From the NCBI GenBank assembly GCA_009781965.1, contig WQUS01000115.1, forward strand, positions 1-28,743: a DNA stretch of 28,743 bases, read 5' to 3'. The stretch is from Bacillota bacterium (GTDB lineage: Bacteria; Bacillota; Desulfotomaculia; Desulfotomaculales; Desulfallaceae). Position 1 is the stretch's first letter. Each line of letters begins with the position of its first letter. A model generated the notes under the pieces. The model saw nothing but the letters and a program-made list of their open reading frames with translations, made no database searches and was not told the DNA's origin. Below, in pieces: positions 25,817 to 28,743 of the stretch. A program made the translations under genes and the position numbers.

Positions 25817-27280
25817 ATGGAAAAGGTTAGAGATAGGGATAGGGATTTAAAGCGCTATACGCTGCTGGTGTCATCCGCCGCCGGTTTTCTGGCGCCTTTT
25901 ATGGGCAGTTCGGTCAACCTGGCGATCCCGTCCATCGGTCTGGCATTTAACGCCAGTACTTATATGTTAAGCTGGCTGGCGACCAGTTATATCCTGGCCT
26001 CGGCAGCCTTATTGCTGCCCTTTGGACGCTTGGCCGATATTATCGGCCGGAAGAAAATATTTGTCATTGGTATAATTACTTTCTGCCTTTTTACGCTGCT
26101 GTGCGGGCTGGCTTGGTCCATTGAGTCCCTGGTAGTCTTCCGTGTCCTGCAGGGTATTGCCAGCGCCATGCTTTTCAGCACCAGTATGGCCATCCTCACC
26201 TCGGTATTCCCGCCCTATGAACGGGGTAAGGTGTTGGGCATCAACGCGGCTGCCGTATATGTAGGCTTGTCTTTGGGACCGGTTTTGGGCGGGGTAATTA
26301 ATCACAACTTTGGCTGGAAGTACATTTTTTTAATGACCGCGTTGATTTCCCTTGGTGTTGTTGTGCTTGCTTTGGGCAAGCTGAAAGGCGAATGGACCGG
26401 CGCCCGGGGTGAAAAATATGACTTTGGCGGCGTGGCTTTATATGTGGTCGGTCTGGTGGCGCTGACCTATGGGTTTTCGTCGGTGGCCGCTTCCCAATGG
26501 GCCTGGCTCTTTATGGGAGTCGGCCTGGTTTTGATAGTATTATTTGTCATGTGGGAGGTGCGTGTGCGGCAGCCGATGATAGACATGCACCTGTTCACTA
26601 ACAACCCCCCCTTTGTTTATTCCAATCTGGCGGCGCTTATAAATTACAGCGCCACCTTTGCGGTGGGTTTTCTGCTTTCTTTGCACTTGCAATTAGTAAT
26701 GGGTTATAATTCCCAGGCTGCCGGACTGATTCTGCTCGCCCAGCCGGTTTTAATGGCGGTGGTATCGCCAATTTCCGGCAGATTTTCCGACTTGGTGGAA
26801 CCACGGATCTTGTCCTCCTGGGGCATGGCCCTGACCGCTTTGACCCTGGTTTGTCTTTGTTTTATTAGCGCGACTATGCCCTTGTGGATCTTGATAGCCG
26901 ATCTGGCCGTTCTGGGCATTGGCTTGAGTTTGTTCTCCACCCCCAACAGCAACGCGGTAATGAGCGCGGTGGAAAAAAGTTATTATGGGGTTGCCGCTTC
27001 TGCCCTGGGGACTATGCGCATGGTCGGACAAGCTTTAAGCATGGCGATTGTGACCATGGCCTTGGCAATGTATGTGGGGCATACTGAGCTCACCGCCGTT
27101 AATGGCGAACATCTTTTGGCCGGCGCCAGACTGGCGTTAATTATTATGTCCGTGCTTTGTTTTGTGGGTATCTTTGCCTCCCTGGCCAGAGGCAAAGCCG
27201 GAGGGGCGAAAGACACAGCCGCCAAATTGTCCCGGGCCGGCGGCCGGGCTGGCAATGCCGGCCCAAAGGGCGAAAATTAA
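25817..27280 (+). CDS. MFS transporter, DHA2 (14-TMS) type
   Basis: Motif A GRLADIIGRKK, FRVLQG, motif C GLSLGPVLGG, and about 14 hydrophobic segments. Confidence 0.93.
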   Translation: MEKVRDRDRDLKRYTLLVSSAAGFLAPFMGSSVNLAIPSIGLAFNASTYMLSWLATSYILASAALLLPFGRLADIIGRKKIFVIGIITFCLFTLLCGLAWSIESLVVFRVLQGIASAMLFSTSMAILTSVFPPYERGKVLGINAAAVYVGLSLGPVLGGVINHNFGWKYIFLMTALISLGVVVLALGKLKGEWTGARGEKYDFGGVALYVVGLVALTYGFSSVAASQWAWLFMGVGLVLIVLFVMWEVRVRQPMIDMHLFTNNPPFVYSNLAALINYSATFAVGFLLSLHLQLVMGYNSQAAGLILLAQPVLMAVVSPISGRFSDLVEPRILSSWGMALTALTLVCLCFISATMPLWILIADLAVLGIGLSLFSTPNSNAVMSAVEKSYYGVAASALGTMRMVGQALSMAIVTMALAMYVGHTELTAVNGEHLLAGARLALIIMSVLCFVGIFASLARGKAGGAKDTAAKLSRAGGRAGNAGPKGEN

Positions 27281-27405
27281 ATTTCAATCTTTTTTAATCA
27301 CTTCTTGCAATTAAGCTAAAATGTGTCACACATACTCGATAGATTTGAGGGAACCATAACATTGAAAGTGAGAAACAACTAATTGACAAAAGGGGGTTAT
27401 TTTAA

Positions 27406-27651
27406 TTGGCTACAGGACAAAGGAGTAATCGTAAACTGGTCCCACAGGCTTCCCAAGCGATGGAACAATTTAAATATGAAACAGCGGCCGAACTGGGCAT
27501 TCCCAACTATCACGGTTATCTTGGCGACGTACCTTCCCGGATCAACGGTTCGGTAGGAGGCAACATGGTCAAGAAAATGATTGCCTCTTACGAACAGAGT
27601 CTGGCTCAAGGTCAACAACCGCCGACTCCCCAGATGACCAACAAGCTTTAA
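27406..27651 (+). CDS. Alpha/beta-type small acid-soluble spore protein
   Basis: FKYETAAELG (GPR cleavage region) and SRINGSVGGNMVKKMI. TTG start after AAAGGGGG. Confidence 0.93.
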   Translation: MATGQRSNRKLVPQASQAMEQFKYETAAELGIPNYHGYLGDVPSRINGSVGGNMVKKMIASYEQSLAQGQQPPTPQMTNKL

Positions 27652-27659
27652 GACAAGTA

Positions 27660-27702
27660 ATCAAAATACTGCCGGCCTGAAGAAGGCCGGCAGTATTTTG
27701 AT
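27660..27702. terminator. Terminator hairpin after SASP
   Basis: ATCAAAATACTGCCGGCCT-gaaga-AGGCCGGCAGTATTTTGAT, 19-bp perfect stem. Confidence 0.85.
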
Positions 27703-27703
27703 C

Positions 27704-27846
27704 GTTACTGTTCAGTGTTTGTTGATCCTCAAAGTGAATACGGCACGCCAAACCGTTAACCGTAAGCGATTTCTCAGCGAGCATGAGCGCACGGTTAACG
27801 GTTTGGTGTGCCGCTCGATGCCGAACAGTAACGTGTGAACAATAAC
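27704..27846 (+). repeat. Structured dispersed repeat, copy 4 (most complete)
   Basis: GTTACTGTTCA left end, 23-bp stem 27741-27763/27791-27813 with one G-T pair, conserved apical segment, right end CGAACAGTAACGTGTGAACAATAAC. Confidence 0.93.
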
Positions 27847-27943
27847 TTTCTATCGGGAACTTTGGAAAGGGATGGGTAGCCTGCTTGGCATATATTTGCA
27901 TAAATTTTTATTTTTCGGATACCATAGCCATGGAGGTGAAAAA

Positions 27944-28093
27944 ATGGCCAATATCAAATGTAATGTTACGGAGTGCGGTTTTAATAATTCCGTGGAATGC
28001 GCGGCTCCGATGATCCACGTGGATCGGAACAGTACCAAAAGCGCCGGCACTTCGGAACACACCAAATGTGAAACTTTCAAGCCCAAGAAATAG
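27944..28093 (+). CDS. DUF1540-like small Cys-rich protein
   Basis: IKCNVTECGFN...CAAPMIHV...TKCETF. GGAGGTG SD before ATG 27944. Confidence 0.85.
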   Translation: MANIKCNVTECGFNNSVECAAPMIHVDRNSTKSAGTSEHTKCETFKPKK

Positions 28094-28112
28094 GATGATA
28101 ATCTACCAGAAG

Positions 28113-28143
28113 AAACCGGCACAATGGGGTGCCGGTTTTTTTT
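28113..28143 (+). terminator. Intrinsic terminator
   Basis: AAACCGGCAC-aatggg-GTGCCGGTTT followed by a T run. Confidence 0.85.
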
Positions 28144-28211
28144 CTTAACAGTCATTCTTTTTAGCAGTAACCATTTAAGGATTGTTTTTCTCAAATCTTT
28201 TCTGCTAAGAC

Positions 28212-28240
28212 TTGATTTAATGTGCTGTTATAATTAAAAT
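28212..28240 (+). promoter_or_regulatory. Putative sigma-A promoter
   Basis: TTGATT-N17-TAAAAT, with an additional TGnTATAAT at 28226-28234. Confidence 0.5.
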
Positions 28241-28319
28241 ATATTTGTTAGTGGTTACGGGGTTAAATTGTTTTTCATAGTCGCATTATATAAAATAACC
28301 AGATTAAGGGGGAATTAGT

Positions 28320-28631
28320 TTGAGTTTTGAAGTTTACAGACCGAGATCTACCAGAGATAACATGGTGGCTTTAACCAAGCACCACATCAGGTTGGGCGGC
28401 AAACTGGCAGAAAAATTAGGCAGCGGACGGGTGGAGGTGGCCTATGATAAGGAAACAGGCAAACTCAGGATCCGTGGCGTGAAAGAGGGCGGCATGCTGC
28501 TGAATAAAAACAAAATTGGCGCCCGGGGTATTTTTAGCTTTTTTAATATCGAAGACAAAAAAGGCAATTATCGCGCTGATTATGATGAAAAGACCAAAGT
28601 GGTTTATGTTTACCTGCATCCGGCGGACTAA
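28320..28631 (+). CDS. Hypothetical basic 103-aa protein
   Basis: TTG start after AAGGGGG SD, own promoter and terminator, beta-rich basic sequence. Family not recognised. Confidence 0.75.
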   Translation: MSFEVYRPRSTRDNMVALTKHHIRLGGKLAEKLGSGRVEVAYDKETGKLRIRGVKEGGMLLNKNKIGARGIFSFFNIEDKKGNYRADYDEKTKVVYVYLHPAD

Positions 28632-28634
28632 ACA

Positions 28635-28680
28635 GCTGCTGCTAATACCAGTTTAAAATGTGTATTAGCAGCAGCCTTTT
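28635..28680 (+). terminator. Intrinsic terminator
   Basis: GCTGCTGCTAATAC-N13-GTATTAGCAGCAGC followed by CTTTT. Confidence 0.75.
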
Positions 28681-28743
28681 TACGATTAACAATTTAGTGG
28701 ACCGGCGCGACAAGTGTTTGGCCTGGCGCCGAAAACCTGTCGC

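Noticed and set aside
4335-27846. Hairpin elements or tandem arrays as CRISPR
   Set aside because: Copies are kilobases apart, the tandem arrays have no unique spacers, and no cas genes are present.
27330-27930. SigF/SigG promoters before the SASP and DUF1540 genes (e.g. GCATA-N14-GGATACCATA at 27898-27926)
   Set aside because: Biologically plausible, but spacing and consensus matches are imperfect, so they cannot be supported by eye.
1-28743. Remaining short overlapping ORFs in the track; tRNA and rRNA genes
   Set aside because: The other ORFs overlap well-supported genes and lack SD or domain motifs. No cloverleaf or rRNA-like sequence was recognised.

Overview
Chromosomal window from a spore-forming, probably anaerobic Bacillota (Peptococcaceae/Desulfotomaculum-like; inferred from SpoIIP, alpha/beta SASP, a LysM coat protein and ETF/acyl-CoA genes). 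The left third is an acyl-CoA catabolic cluster: ferredoxin-nitroreductase, CoA ligase, DUF35 plus thiolase, VOC epimerase-like enzyme, acyl-CoA dehydrogenase, etfBA and a degenerate GlcD/LctD-like flavoprotein. A small lambda-like cI/cro cassette with three operators but no phage genes interrupts it. Next come proA, an AT-rich islet (lipoprotein broken by one in-frame TAA, plus VanZ), an htrA-response regulator-kinase operon, a Na/Pi cotransporter, a Spy/CpxP-like protein, a double Zn-ribbon protein, xth, an Asp-rich trypsin-like protease, a YkgJ protein, spoIIP, LysM, MFS, SASP and two small genes. The most striking unexplained signal is a dispersed family of roughly 110-145 bp intergenic elements (four hairpin-bearing copies and one internally deleted copy). 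They share a GTTACTGTTCA/TGAACAGTAAC terminal motif, a 22-23 bp stem with compensatory substitutions and a nearly invariant 27-nt apical segment. Heptamer TCGA(A/G/T)GT arrays, a 16-bp array and a 10-bp-phased array also occur. No rRNA, tRNA, CRISPR array, transposase or integrase was recognised. All family calls come from motif reading by eye; no database was searched.
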